A stretch of 64,000 bases of DNA from Nemertoderma westbladi (taxonomy: Eukaryota > Animalia > Xenacoelomorpha). Shown in pieces: positions 1 to 13,890 of this stretch. The first letter of the stretch is position 1. Each line of letters opens with the position of its first letter. Below the pieces are notes generated by a model. That model was not told where the DNA came from. It saw nothing but the letters and a program-made list of their open reading frames with translations, and made no database searches. Position numbers and translations under genes: made by a program. The stretch lies in contig JAUCBJ010006848.1 of assembly GCA_032718475.1 (NCBI GenBank), forward strand, positions 8,143 through 72,142, written 5' to 3'.

Positions 1-424
1 GGATTTCATCGAAAAAGGACCATCAATAATAGTTAACCCCATCTGCTTCAATTTGAAGAAAATAATTAGATAATAATACTCATAATTAAAACTATTACAT
101 AATTATTATAACTCTAGTGAACAAAACAATATATCATTCGGGGGATGGAATATATAGGTCATCTAATTAATTGTTTAAAGATTAGCAAACAATACAGTGT
201 AATTGAATTGATGAAATCCATAAATAAAACGTGGATACAAAATGTAAAATCGGGATGCAAAATATAAATTTCTGAGCTAAGAAAGGGAAATTGGATACTG
301 TACAACTTGTCTGGATACAAGCGGTCCGTTTACCTTACAAAATGAATAATAAACGTGCGAAATATAAAACAGTACGGAACTGTCCGGGGGGGGGGGGGGG
401 GGGGGGGGGGGGGAATGTCCGGAA
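1..424. mobile_element. Right-end fragment of a foldback DNA transposon, same family as 18559-34976
   Basis: ~20-380 aligns by eye to ~34500-34855 (e.g. ATCTGCTxCAATTTGAAGAA, CTGGATACAAGCGGTCCGTTTACCTTACAAAATGAA) and ends in GGAACTGTCC-G-run-GGAATGTCC terminal-type repeats. Confidence 0.8.
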
Positions 425-2029
425 ATCGAAGCCTTTTCTATCTGCCAACATCCTGGGCTTTACTTACACTCAGCCTCTATTCACTGGCTGTGATTGACAA
501 GCCAACTTGCCTCAGCAGTTCCTTTCATGAATGCCGCAATTTATATTTGGCCATTTTGGTCGTTTTGGCCGCCAAAATGACCAAGTTAATGTTTATTGGG
601 ATTGGGAGTGGGACTGTATTGTAGGAGGGAAATTTAAAATTCAATCAATTTAATATCAATTTAAAATCAATTTAAACATAATTATAGTATATAAATATTA
701 TATTTCAGCATTAGTGTGTGGCATATTTGGATAGAGGAATAAATTTTATATTTAAAACTTTTTACTTTAAAGTAATATCATCACACCACACAAAGTTATA
801 TGCTTCCAAACTTTACGTCCCCAAAAGTCCCCCCCCCCACCCCCCCCCCCCCCCCCCCCCCGGTAGTTTGAGCGTCTAAAGTATCCCGGTATGGATAGGG
901 TTAAGTAATACTTTATACTGTAGCTACTGCAATGTTATAATTTGTTAGTATAGTAATATTGGATTAATTAATCTTATACTGTATTATATACGTAATTATA
1001 ATATAATCTAATACTGGTGTCAGGAATTCTTAGACCGCAAGTATTCTTAACCCGTGGGTATTCTTAGCCTGCAAAACAATAACGTTTATTGTTTTAATAC
1101 GCCTCTGAAATCTGCTCATTTACTAACCAACTTGACTAATCCAACCTATACATTCCCTAAGCTCATGGGTCATGTTTGAGTTCCGCTGTTCGAATTGTTG
1201 GCCGTCTGGTTTTATTGAGTTTATTTGATAAAATGGTTCTATTTCAACCACATAATACTTTTATTATAACCTATAATACAGTAGGTAGAACAACGACTAG
1301 GCAGGAGTAGCTACCATTGTATTCCAATTATCATTTTAGATTACCTGTTATGATTATATGATATAATTGCCCCCACTACTTTCCTAGTTACAGACAGTCT
1401 GCAGTTCCACTCTGCTTTATGAAAGCCAATCATAATTTATTTAATACCTTTTCTACATGCTGAGTACTTGAGTAGAGAAATGGAAACAACTTTCATATTC
1501 GCTGAATGCTGCTTCCGTTGGAGAGACGAATAGGGCAAACGTTTTAATTGGTTTTTAATTCAAATATTTAAGTTTTAAATTAATTATTTTTTATCATTAA
1601 TATAAAACTTTAATCTGAAAATAAGTTGGAAGGGGGGGGGGGGGGGGTGTATTGCCCCCAATGCCATCATTGTTTAAATAATATATTAAATAAATATAAT
1701 AATATTAATAATTTTATAAAATATTAAAGTAGCGGTAAAGATTCAGCTTCTTAGATGCTTCTTACTCGTTTTCTTGTAAACTTTGCGTTTGTTAGGCAGT
1801 AAAATATAAGAGTAATCAGTTCGTAATTTACATCAATTATTTAGCGACTACTGAATGACAAGTTTGCTCAGTTACGAAGTATCATTATACAATATTGCGC
1901 CACTCAGAGCCTTCTCATACACATATGTAGTAAAAATCATCAATAGAAATAAATAAATAGAAATAGAAATATTATAGAAATATACAATGATCTATATTAC
2001 TCTGTGTAAAATTACAACTACAAATACTA

Positions 2030-2700
2030 GGGCCTACTAAAATCGGTCTGCTGCATTGAAACTGCACATAGAGATGCTATGCTGAATTGACACAAATATT
2101 TTGCCACCACCATGAGATCCACAATAGACATCTCCCACCACAATGCAGCGTGCTTTAAGAATTCTATGCGGCTTATCAACAAAGTTGCTAAGCCACAACA
2201 CCCCAGCCCCCATGACTTTCGCGAGATTATCCTCATCTTCAAGGCCATTTTACTTTATGAGGCGTCTCAAGAAAGTCTGGGCTGTCCACCATGTTTACTG
2301 TCTCTATGAGGCCGCCAAAGCACAAGATTGCGAACAGGATGGTCCTCACGGCGAAAGCAATGTCCTGCAATGCGGAGGCGGCTTCGTTCTAGTGCCAAGC
2401 TTGGGGGAACCAATGAGACACCTGCAATGTTCTATCTATAGTATCTGGTTGGAGATGTGTGCATCGTACTCTATACAGTGAACCCGAGGTAGCATTCTTG
2501 TATTGTAATGTATTGTAATTTAATTTCTTGTGAATGTGCCATACAGAGATTTGGCGTCCTCAGCAGTTAGATCCCAGCATGGACTCCCATAGAGGGGGTA
2601 CTGGAACTACTGCTGCTCTAAATGATCGGACCTTAGGTTTCCGACGTATTCTGTCAATGATTGTATAAATTCATAATCGGTAAAAGTAGAGATCGCCCTG
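2030..2700 (-). mobile_element. RTE-clade LINE 3' fragment
   Basis: Reverse complement of the RT C-terminal region at 55917-56520 (VVPVxLYGSPCW, RLRxAGHCFRREDxPVxNLVLW motifs); disrupted. Confidence 0.8.
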
Positions 2701-3589
2701 AACTTTGTGCGACTTTCTTTTTACCTGACCAGACTGAATGTTGTTAATCTATAGTCTGCCATAACTTTATCATACCATTTACAACGTAGTCATTGCTCCT
2801 GAATATGTTTTAAAATATTTGCGGTTCATGAGATGTGTCAACAGTGGAAGTTCTAGGTTGGTTATGTTACGAGCCAGCTAACAAAAGATGTCTGCTAAGT
2901 TTGAACGGATTACAAACTAAAGGAATACAATGTTGAGACAGTTAGCAAATATTAATTAAGAATAACACAAATAATAGGATTTCATTAATAGGAGTACAAA
3001 CATTCACACGGCTTTACTTTGTGTTAAAACTGTCTGACTTCTAACGAAAACCCATTCGAATTTCTAAATAAAGAATCAGAAAACTTACAAAATTTAATAG
3101 TATATATCGAACAACAACTAACTGTAGTAGATATTTAAATACACATTATTAATATTAATAAAGATTAACCAATAGTCATTCTACAGGTTATACAGCTTAC
3201 ACGTTCGTGGGGCCTTCGCGCAGCACGAGGCCCAGTTATGAGATACAAATTAAAATTGTGCGACTGTATCACAAAATCAGGTTATGAGAGATTAACCCAC
3301 ACCACCAATTAATCAAAGAAAGGGGGAAAGTACGTGTTCACCCCTTTTAATCTGCACCCCCCCCCCCCCCTCCCTTCCCACCCACCAATACATAACCGCG
3401 ACATCTACCACCCACGGAAGGGTAGCACGAACTTATTTCCAAACGCACGTTCAATATGCAAAGCCAGGTGGTTTATAGGAATATAATCAATGCAGTACTC
3501 GTCTTCATTATAAGCCTCTTTGTGTTCGACCTGTTTTGTATTAAAATATATTTATTAAACGCAGGCTGACGCTCTTTATAATAATAATA

Positions 3590-3931
3590 CCTAGGGATGC
3601 CAGCTTCCAGACTTTCAATCTTTACTGCCGCGCAAACCCCGCAGAGGAAGTTTTGGTTTGAGAGATCAAGCCCATCGGCAATTGGTGTTTCAATTTCGGT
3701 CCAGGAACTCTGACAATGGGAGCATTCAATCTTAGCTGTGGTCCATTCCCGTGGTTTCGGCTTCCTTTTCTTCGTCCCAATGACAGATTCTTCTGAAGAC
3801 GTTCGATTCGCTTTCAGTTTATTGTTGGCGTTTGTGTTTTGAAGTTGTATTCGAGTGGACAGTCGCGCCGGTTTCGAGGTAACCATACCGACCTGTGATA
3901 AGCGTTGGTTTTGTTGAGTGCCGGTATTCAT
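3590..3931 (-). pseudogene. Probable LINE ORF1 N-terminal fragment with a PHD-like finger
   Basis: CSHCQSSW...NFLCGVC followed by KIESLEA (coiled-coil start), an arrangement typical of PHD-containing ORF1; runs into unrelated sequence. Confidence 0.45.
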
Positions 3932-4164
3932 CTTCTCTCACCTCTTCAATGTCAGATGTTGCAAATACTGATAACACGAATAACGGTATATATTTCAATA
4001 CTTGTCAATAGTAATATATATAATTTAGATAACTATTTTATATCTGTACTGTTGAGCAAACTCTACATAAATTCCAACCTGTGTATCGCCGGTAGTGCTG
4101 TTGCTGTGCAAGTGCTGAAGTGCTAGTTGCCACCGGTCAGCCGGTACCGGTAGTAGGGTGGTAC

Positions 4165-6018
4165 CATGGCCTACTACACACAGGCCATGACAAGGACTTT
4201 GCTGTGAAATTAGCGTAGGCTGACTGCTGAATTATCAAATATTATATTTTCCACGAATGCAGGGTCCATATTTAAAAGAAGATGACTAGATTTTCGTAAG
4301 TAATTTAATTGAAACAGTATTTAATAATTAATTAATTAATTATCGCTAGAGTTCCTGCAGCTTTTATTTGTTTGTGGCTGCCTCTGGCTATGTTTGTGGC
4401 AGGAATGTTTGAACGCTTATAAGTCAGTCAATCAAGGATGAAATGGAACCAAACTTGGTACACATGTAGTCTATAAAAAATTTTGAAATTCTACACACAG
4501 ACAGACTTCTACAGTTCCCCTGTCTGCCGCTAGGGGGCGAATTAACAGAAACGTAAAAATAGCTGTAATTATAGAACCAACGATCAGATTCATCTGAAAT
4601 TTAGTAGTAGTTACCTAAGAGCATTGCTTAATTAGAAATTCTACAGAGACTTTTACAGTTCCTGTCTGCCGCTAGTGGGGAATTGTTAGAGCTCCAGTTC
4701 AACGTGCTTAGCACGGTTTAATAAACAATAAATTAATTATTTTATTCAATACAGTAATTATAACAGTAAAATGCAATATATTCTATTTTTTAGTAAAATC
4801 AAGAGACAGGAGGGGGGTGGGACTGGACGCAAATCCCATCTTGGCGAATTAATATCCCGCCTCAATATTAATTTCTCAATTTTGGGAAAGGAGCAGGTTA
4901 CAGTGGCACGTTATTTTAACCAAAACAATAAAGTAAACACAATAGAACAGGTTACAGTTTTATTTTTGAGAGTAATCAGCTGTTGTTATTTGCGTCCAAT
5001 TTCCCCTGGAGAGGGATTAATTTTTATTGCGTCCAGTCCCCCCCCCCCCCCCCCCTATCTTGAAATCAAATACCAAAAATATATTTATTATATGAACAAT
5101 CTATTTGGAAATTGTAAGTTCGGCCTATCTCTTTACCATAAGCTCAGTATCTTTATCTGGTGTGTTTTTATTATTTTACCAATTATTTAATACGTTTGAT
5201 AGAATTGAACAACACCGCCCAACACAACCAACTCTCTATCCGCCTCGAGCTGTCGAGCATCGAGAATACGAGAAACTCGATCGAAATACCTGCTTATCCC
5301 AGTAGTATCCGTCCGTAGTCACCGGACCGCTGCGGTTTACTCCCGTAGAACAGTAGAATTCCCGCAGCTTTCGACCCAATTCGACAACGAATTCGCTTCA
5401 CACTTTCACGTCGCAGAGAACGTAATCCAGTGCGATACAAGTATGCCCGACGTTCAACCATTTCCCCCAGGCGATACCAGGATCCGGGCCGCCGCTAAAC
5501 CCAGATCGCAATCCTCGTCGATTCGTCCAGTCGTCGACGTAAGTCAGTAAGTGGGACTCTTCCCACCGCACTCCAAGGTGGGTGACCGGAGTGAGGCATG
5601 AGGAACTTGGCAGTGGCCCGCATTACGATCTGACCGACCGCCGTATTCCCAGTGTCTGAGTGTAGTAAGAATCGAAATAGAATCGTAGTGACAAACAAGC
5701 AATTCCGTAGCACTGCGTAGTATTCCCCCGTTAATCACCTCTTGAAGCAACTCGGCTGCTCGGGTCCAGATACATCGGACTGTCGGGAGCGTTTCAGACA
5801 GTAATGGAGCGGCATTTGCGAATATTTCCAATGGTTTTATAATAAATAAGGGGATTAAATGCTAAAACAAATGGATTATTCCTAACCCCACCCCAATACA
5901 GCAGTATACCTAACAGTATATAGCTTGTACCACAGTACCATAATCTGATAATCAGCACAGTCAGCCTACGCTAATTTCACAGCAAAGTCTTGTCATGGCC
6001 TGTGTGTAGTAGGCCATG
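4165..6018. mobile_element. Non-autonomous TIR DNA transposon, P-element-like
   Basis: ~75-bp imperfect TIRs starting CATGGCCTACTACACACAGGCCATGACAAG; exact 8-bp TSD GGTGGTAC at 4157-4164 and 6019-6026. CAT..ATG ends with an 8-bp TSD fit the P superfamily (hAT is the alternative). Confidence 0.8.
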
Positions 6019-6984
6019 GGTGGTACCTACGGTGCGCACTACAACGGCAGTACAGCAATACGGTGTACCGTGCCAATGCAGCAATGACTGAATGATTACC
6101 GGTAGCGGTAACTATCTAAACTATTATATTATTATTACTGCGGTGCCGGTACTGCATACTGGGCTAATTAGGCCTAAACTTTAATCACCGCAAGGGTTGC
6201 CGGGGTTAATTAGATTACATGATATGGCATGTCTGCAGTGTATGGTACCGGCTGACCAGTATTGCAGTATTGACTGCAGGATTCTCGATTCAGGGATTGA
6301 GTACAGCCTGACAGTACCGGTACACATGGTACATGCAGACAACCCCAATGTATTGCAAAATTTGTCAAGAAACCCAGCTGATTTATCCTACAGTAATAAT
6401 AATTTAACGCATTTTAAATTTGGATAAATAAATTTATTATAACTGCAATAACAGTTACACTGATGCTGCACGAAGACCCCACGCAAATTCTACTTGGAAA
6501 ATTTTCAAACTTTTGCCAAACAACATGTGTACCAAGTTTGGATAGATTTCATCAAGGATTGGCCGAGTTATTAACGTTTAAAATAAAATACTGAAAAAAA
6601 ACGCGACAGAACGACAGAACGACAGGTTGATTAATGGTACCCCTACGCTAAGGCTCACTCACTTCGTGGCTCGCCCCACAGGGATAAATGTTGCGTTCTG
6701 GTTGAATTCAACCACTCCTTCCTGGAATCCTTTATAAATGGGCTATTTATTATGGATCGTCTGCATTCACATTAATCTAAGTTAGAAATAGTTTCTGTTA
6801 CTCTATTTTTTAGTTTAGATTCTCAAACTGGCAAGTTGGTATTGAACTGCGTTTTTTTTAACAATAGCTGACATTAAAAACTATGTTTAGTGTTTTTATA
6901 AATTATTATTAGTGTTTTGGGTGAATGAGTGGTTTCTTATTATTATAACGTTTTGTTGGGAACAGTTTTACATAGTCGGCACTG

Positions 6985-7056
6985 ACGTCCAGGTGGGATC
7001 GAACTGGTGACCTCCGGATGGAAGACTGATGCTCTAACCATTCAGCTACCGGTAGC
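6985..7056 (-). mobile_element. tRNA-derived SINE head or tRNA pseudogene
   Basis: Minus strand carries A box TAGCTGAATGG and B box GTTCGATCCC at tRNA spacing; acceptor stem does not pair. Confidence 0.6.
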
Positions 7057-8005
7057 GGCTCAGGTAAAAGACATGGATATACTACCTGACATCTTGTATG
7101 TCCGCAATTTACGTCCGCATTAAATCCCATCTGCCATTACCACCATCTGCTACCACTGTTGTGCTCAGCGCCCTACAGTACTTGGCCGTCTTTAACTAAT
7201 CGCTACAATGAAAGGCTAGTTTATATTAACCATGAAGTAATGAACCATACCCGGAGTTAGTTCTTATCCCTATTAAACACAGGGGGGGGGGGGGGGGGGG
7301 GGTAATGTGGTGGTTTTTTTGTTGGAACTCTGTTTCAAACGCAGTTGAGAATCTGAAATTTTATGACTTTTCCTAAACATCCATTGCCTTCGTATAGTGA
7401 AAACGGTTTTAAAACATATTAGAAGTTTTCGAGTTATAGCACTATTTTTTAACCCTACTTTTGGCACATTTTCGAGACGTTTTTTTCAAAATTACATTTG
7501 ATGAAATATGATATCTAACATCTATATTTTTTATTTAGACCGGTTTTTTATGTTCGCAATTAGATTGAATTCAGATAAAAAATTCATATAATTTTTTCAG
7601 CGGATACTGTACCAAATTGTGGAGCAGCACCAAATTTTTAAAAATGTGTTGAACTTGTTTTTTGCGCAATAGGGTTTTTGGGATTCTGTTTTCGAAGAAA
7701 TATATGCGAGTTGCACCAGGCATAACCAATTTGTATTTTTCGATGCTCTGTGCAAAATTTGGTGCCAGCACGAAATTGTGAAATTTCATTCAATAGTTCA
7801 TTTGACGGTGACAAATAATTATTTCTTGCGTTGGGTGCAAAATTTGGTGCTAGCACAAAATTTTGAAACGCATCAAATATATCAATTGATTATGTAGCCT
7901 TGTGCGGCGAGCGACGAAATAAAGCGTGCTTAGCATACAGGTACCATTAACTCACCAATAACCCACTAGCATCACTAACTCAATCGGTGTGTCTGTGGGG
8001 CGAGC

Positions 8006-8092
8006 CACGAAGTTGGCGGAGCCTTAGCGAATTGACACTGTTAGGGGGTGGGTCAATTTATGCAAATAGTTGTCGTCGTCGTCGTCGTCGTT

Positions 8093-8134
<42 letters not shown>

Positions 8135-8497
8135 GTCGTCGTTACGATTTTGACATGCTAATAACTTTGTCGGATTTAAAGCTGCCAAGTTGAAAATTTG
8201 TAGGTATCAATATGAGCAAAAGTTGAGATTTTTGAGAGACTTTCAGACACCATCAGTGCAATGGTCTCCCGCTAGAGGGCCACATGTCTAAACATTAAAT
8301 GCCCTCCCATTTCTTTGCTTTTAATCCGTTTAAGCTGAAACTTGGCAGATATGTATTAGACCATTAGATGTGACTTTCAAAGGAGGCGAATCCATCTGCA
8401 GTTCTCCAGTCTGCCGCTAGAGGGCCAACGTGACTATTTGCATAAATTGACCTACCCCCTAACAGTGTCAATTCGCTAAGGCTCTGCCAACTTCGTG
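8006..8497. repeat. Foldback repeat with an internal (GTC)n microsatellite, possibly Helentron/DINE-like or a MITE
   Basis: ~65-bp inverted arms (8006-8070 and 8433-8497); GTC repeat at 8072-8141; CCGCTAGAGGGC and GAAACTTGG motifs shared with 4450-4680. Confidence 0.65.
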
Positions 8498-9818
8498 CTG
8501 CGCGAAGTCCCCACTTCGTGTTGTTCTGTTGCGTTCAATTTTAAACGTTAATAACTCAGCAAAATATCGATGAAATCTATCCAAACTTGGTACGCATGTA
8601 GTCTAGCAAAAGTTTATAAATTTTCCAAGTTGAATTTCCGTGTGGCCTTCGAGAAGCTAAGATAATACCAGTTAATTAATTAAATTAAAATTAATTAAGT
8701 TGGTTGGGGTAAAAACAGCATTTCAAGCCTGTCTTTTAATGGAAATTAATTATTTTAGTGTAAGATATAAATAATTAAACATAAAAGTTATACAGCTGTT
8801 ATTCACATACCCCATGCCATTAAAGTTTTTAATTAGTTCAAGTGATTTGCTTTAAAAAATGTGTTTTTAATTAATCTAAACGTAATTAAGTATCAAAATG
8901 CCCTCGCCACTCTATACCTCCCTCATTCCTTGGCATACTAGCTGGCTATTGCCAACTACTTGGCTATGGGTAATTACATCTATATAGGACATAAAGCAGG
9001 GCACTACTAGTGTAACTAATAAGCCAGCTTGCTTTATCCTGCCTTTCATTTATCCTCTGTGCTCCTTTGGGTTGGGGTGGTGTAAATTAAGAGGGCGGTT
9101 GAAGCGAGGGGGAACCTCTCTTCTTTGATTTATTCTTATTAGCGGTTTGGTTAAATTTCTTAATTATTTATTTAAATTTCTTAAGTACCGATTTTGGGAT
9201 AGAATTGCTCAATTTAAATTTGTATCTAATAACTGAGCCTCGCCCTGCACGAAGGCCCCACGAACGTTTCTTGCGTTATACGGGTTGGTGAGGGTTCTAA
9301 ATTCAATGGTAAAATTATCAATGCAGAAGAGTTCTCAAACTTGTATATTTCGGCGTTGGGTGAAAAGATTTGTGCCAGCACCAAATTTTTGAAAATAAGC
9401 AAATTGATCAATATATATGTATCATCTTGTTTCTTGCGTTATTCGGGATTGTGAGGGTCCTGAATCCGATGGCATCAATAAAAACCGCACCGGACATCTC
9501 TAACTTTTTTCATCTCAACGCTTTTTTTTGGTGGCGAGGGGGGGGGGGGGGGTTGGTGATGGTTCATGGTTATTAATATACACTAACTATTTATCAGCAA
9601 CCCTTAGCGGTAACCATAGTAACTAAATGGGACCATGAAGATCGTATAATATTTTAATCCAAATATGTACCATCACCAATATTAATAATTGTTAACTCAT
9701 TAATATTATTTATTTTAGTTTATAAATTTTTATTATTTCAGAACCCTAAATTATTTTATTGGTTTGAAGTTTAAAGTTGAATTTTTATATAAATAATTAA
9801 TATTTAATAGAATCAACC

Positions 9819-10514
9819 ATGTTAATGATTTGCATATCAGCCTTACTTTTGATCCATCTGATATCTTTAAGCCACGGAATAGATGACACCTACGATCCTA
9901 CCAAACTCAAACTCACCATAGAAGATCCTATTGGTACGAACTGTGTGGAGGAGGGAGATAACTTAACGTTAAGTTATCAACTCACAAACGATATAGTCAT
10001 CAACGATATAAGATGGATCTATGGAGGGATTGACGATTATTATCTAATTGAGTTGGAATACGAGGATGGAACATTAAACGTGGAGCAATACTACCACGGT
10101 TATACTAATAATAGTGTAATAGTTTCAGTTTCGGGACGGCCTGTAGTAATTAGAGTTACTTATACTAACGTCCATGTTACAAGTGAGAGAGTGGAAGCGC
10201 GGCATATAAAACAGGAGGTTGGGAAACACGATATTTATATAGGGTTAGTGAAGCAGGGCGATGATGAGTGGACATACCTGCATCCATCAATAGAAATACG
10301 CGAGTGCGCGGTTAATACGGAATCGGACCAACAACAACCAACTGAAGAAGGGAAAGATATAGTTGAACCTAACGGCTCAACCTCCATCGCACCCAATGTA
10401 ACAACCACTGGGGTTAGAGAAGATGTAGTTAAACCTAACGGCCCAACCTCCATCGCACTCAATGTAACCCCTAGTATATTACTTACTCTCATCCTATTGG
10501 TTAATGTATTATGA
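9819..10514 (+). CDS. Predicted GPI-anchored cell-surface protein with one atypical Ig V-like domain, copy A (231 aa)
   Basis: Signal peptide (MLMICISALLLIHLISLSHG); EGDNLTLSY...IRW Ig-like pattern; Ser/Thr/Pro stalk with two VxPNGxTSIA repeats; hydrophobic C-terminus with no cytoplasmic tail; upstream acceptor TTTTATTATTTCAG at ~9741; AATAAA at ~10581; intact paralog at 58525. Confidence 0.85.
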   Translation: MLMICISALLLIHLISLSHGIDDTYDPTKLKLTIEDPIGTNCVEEGDNLTLSYQLTNDIVINDIRWIYGGIDDYYLIELEYEDGTLNVEQYYHGYTNNSVIVSVSGRPVVIRVTYTNVHVTSERVEARHIKQEVGKHDIYIGLVKQGDDEWTYLHPSIEIRECAVNTESDQQQPTEEGKDIVEPNGSTSIAPNVTTTGVREDVVKPNGPTSIALNVTPSILLTLILLVNVL

Positions 10515-13500
10515 ATGAATTAGCTGAGAATGAAATCTGATTGGCTTATTATTATTGGCGTTATTTGCATATTTTTTTGTAATAAAATTAACAACTAAAA
10601 ATTACTATTTATCTGGAATCTCCAAAATAATAAGTAAAGATTCGCGGCATAAGATGAATAATGTAAAGAATCCATTTGAATCTAACTGATAATAATTATT
10701 ACATTGTCTTGTAACAATATTTATAGAATATGTCCAAATGTTTTTAGTGAATTAACTTTTTACGCTTGTGGCAGATAGAGGGCGACAAAATTTTAACATT
10801 TATTTTTAATTCAATTTTTTACCCCAGGTTAGTCCCATAAAGTCATAAAAAATACAAAACTACCCACAAGCAGAAATTTCTATCCATTTAAGTTACGGCG
10901 TTGTCGATTATGAAAGAGCTAATCCTATTGGCTAGTTACCTGAATATTATATGATCAGATATTTTGTCAAATAAATATTCTCATTCTTTAACAAATTAAT
11001 TTTTTAATTTTTTAACAAACATTCCTATATGATAAGATAATCTTGTTGAATATTTCATATTTAACATCGGAGATTGTTGGGTTTTGAAGACAGTATAATG
11101 GTGGGAACTGAATAAATCGTGTAGTTACTGTAATTAATCTAGTAATTACATGAAAAAATGTATTTTGTCTATATCTCATGATGTGAAATATGGTTACACA
11201 TAGAAAGCTGAAGGGTCTAACATAACTACTGTAGAAGTGCAAACAATATGTAAATATAATATAATTAATCATGGAGTTAATTAACAGAGTAAGGTTAACA
11301 TTATAATTCACATAAAAATCTGCACCAGAGGGTATTGAAAATGAAAAATCGCCTTTGAGCGCTGCGGTGACACAAAACGTATTTATGTACCGCGCTGGTG
11401 CATCAAGGGGACTTACATAAATAGAAATAGTTCATAAACTCTAGATAGTGGCCATTTTCAGACAATTATGTATTTTTACGTAATTTTGTTAGAATATGTC
11501 AACTTATCAGCGATCTGAACATTTAAATTAATCACTTTCAATAATTTAATTGTATTGTTTAATGTTACAGAAAAGATTATTGATCATTTTATTGAACTAC
11601 AACCAACACTTACACTACTTACACATGGCATGCAATGGCTATCATCCATGCTAGAGAAATGTAGAATACTCAAGACGTATTCTAGAACTCAATTGTTTCT
11701 AAGAGATGAGTGTTTTCTTTACAGTTGATATTTAGGATTGCTTTATTAATTTGACATAATTGTAACAAAAACATGTTTGTAGTTATTTCAGTTTAATTTC
11801 GTAATTATAATTATATAAGATTGTCTTCACATTATATTAAGTTTTTATTAATTATTAATATTTATTATGTAATAATATGTAATAATATGTAATAATGTTA
11901 CAATAATTAACCTCTCTTTCCTGGTAACTATTACTATGCTACGATTACTAAAACAAAGAGTTATAGTGAAAGATAATCCGCCATCCATGCTGTGTTTCCT
12001 AGCAACTATACACAATACAGACCGTAGTGCTTCTCCTTGGTCTGTGGGGCGAGCCACGAAAATAAGCGAGCTTAGCATACCACTAACTCAATCAATTTCT
12101 CTGAAACCAATTTTTTTCGAATTATTAATGTTTGTGTCCCTGACAATGAGAAGTGTTCTGTCACAAGTATCTCTATTATAGTCTTAAAATTGTATTTTTT
12201 ATTAACCATAATTTTTATTATCTATAAAGAATAGGCCTACATACATATTGTATACTGATACAGTACAACCCAACCGACAATAAAAGTGTAAATTTTTGGA
12301 GATTTTTCTTAATAATTTAATATTTTTTCAAGATTCAACCACTGTAGTCTATTTAAAATTTGATTTATTTAGTTGCAAATATCTTCATAGCAGCAACTGA
12401 ATCTACAATTGCCGTTTCCAACCAGGCCTTCACAAACTTCTACAACTATTTTGTCGCAATCCGTGTTACCTAGCATCATGGCCACATACTCAGGTACACA
12501 CAACGGTTGTGAAATCGGGAATCCATCATCAGTTATCCAATTTATAGTCTAGAATAAAAATTGTAGAGAATAATTTATTATTTAGAACTATTTATTCAAT
12601 TAAATAATTACACAAGGTTCTAGAACATATTGTTTATTTAGGTTTAGCTACGCAACCTAGTTTAGCAACCTACTCCACTCTGCTCGCTTCCTCTCCACTC
12701 CGATTTTCGCGTTTTTAGAATATTCGGTGACGGTTCTATTTAAACACAATTCTGTGATCAATGCGGATATTTCTCTATTATATTTTAATATTTGACATTT
12801 ATTATCAAATTTACTAAATTAAACTTTCTAATTTAAGAGGTAAACAAACATTTGCTATTTTCACTTAATTAACAGCTTTAATTTCTTTGCATTGCAGTAA
12901 TTATTTTTTGCAGTTTATAACACCAGACATGTCTGAAACGCAGGTTAAAGTAAGCAATAATAACTAACGCACACTAGCATACCATCTTTTGAGCTTGTGC
13001 TCATAATTATAATAATTATATTATTTAATCTTTTAATATTATTTAGTCTAAAAAAGTTTAAAAAGTATTTAGTCTCGCTTTCCATGTCATGGGTTGATAG
13101 GGAGTTGTGGCGGGGCAATTTTGTCGACTAGCCGGCACAGCATTCTTAAAAATGCAGCAGTAATGCAGAAGACTGCAGAAGATTTAAGAAGACTGTTGAA
13201 CCGAGCCCGAATTTCACGTCAGGCAAACGAGACTTACCTTAGCTTGATTCTAGTGTCAAGCTTGGGGGAACCAATGAGACAGCTCCAATGTTATATACAC
13301 TGAAAAAAGTAAGTGCCGGTCGATTTTTTTTTTTAATTAACAACTAAAAATTACTATTCATCTGGAATCTCCAAACAAGTAAAGTCGCACCATAAAGATG
13401 GATAATGTCGAATTTAATCAACTGATAATAATTATTACGTTGTCTTGTAACAAAATATATATAGATTATGTCCTTCAAGTGTTTTCAGTGAAATTAACAT

Positions 13501-13731
13501 TTACGCTAGTGGCAGATAGAGGGTGACAAAATTTTAACATTTTATTAATGGGGTATTACACCATTTTTGGACAACATTTCGATTTATCACTCAAAACGTT
13601 TCAAAATCGTTTGGTTTTGGCTATAATTTGGAATATAACTGCTGTACCTAAGTTGCTATTCTACTAGTCGCTGTTCGTGTCACCGTCAACAGTAGACACA
13701 AATGTTGTCGAACCATCGTATACTGCTGGGC

Positions 13732-13890
13732 CCATGTGAGGAATACCAGACTTTCTGCCGTTATATTTCACTTTGCAGTTACCCCCATGTGAAGAATACC
13801 AGACTTTCTGCCGTTATATTTCACTTTGCAGTTACCCCCATGTGAAGAATACCAGACTTTCTGCCGTTATATTTCACTTTGCAGTTACCA
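13732..13890. repeat. Tandem repeat, 53-bp unit x3
   Basis: CCATGTGAAGAATACCAGACTTTCTGCCGTTATATTTCACTTTGCAGTTACCC repeated head to tail. Confidence 0.9.

Noticed and set aside
6985-7056. Functional tRNA gene
   Set aside because: Acceptor and anticodon stems do not pair; more likely a SINE head.
7987-8193. Arg-rich protamine-like ORF
   Set aside because: Translation of a (GTC)n microsatellite inside a repeat element.
13732-13890. 53-bp repeats as a CRISPR or functional array
   Set aside because: Simple tandem duplication with no unique spacers.
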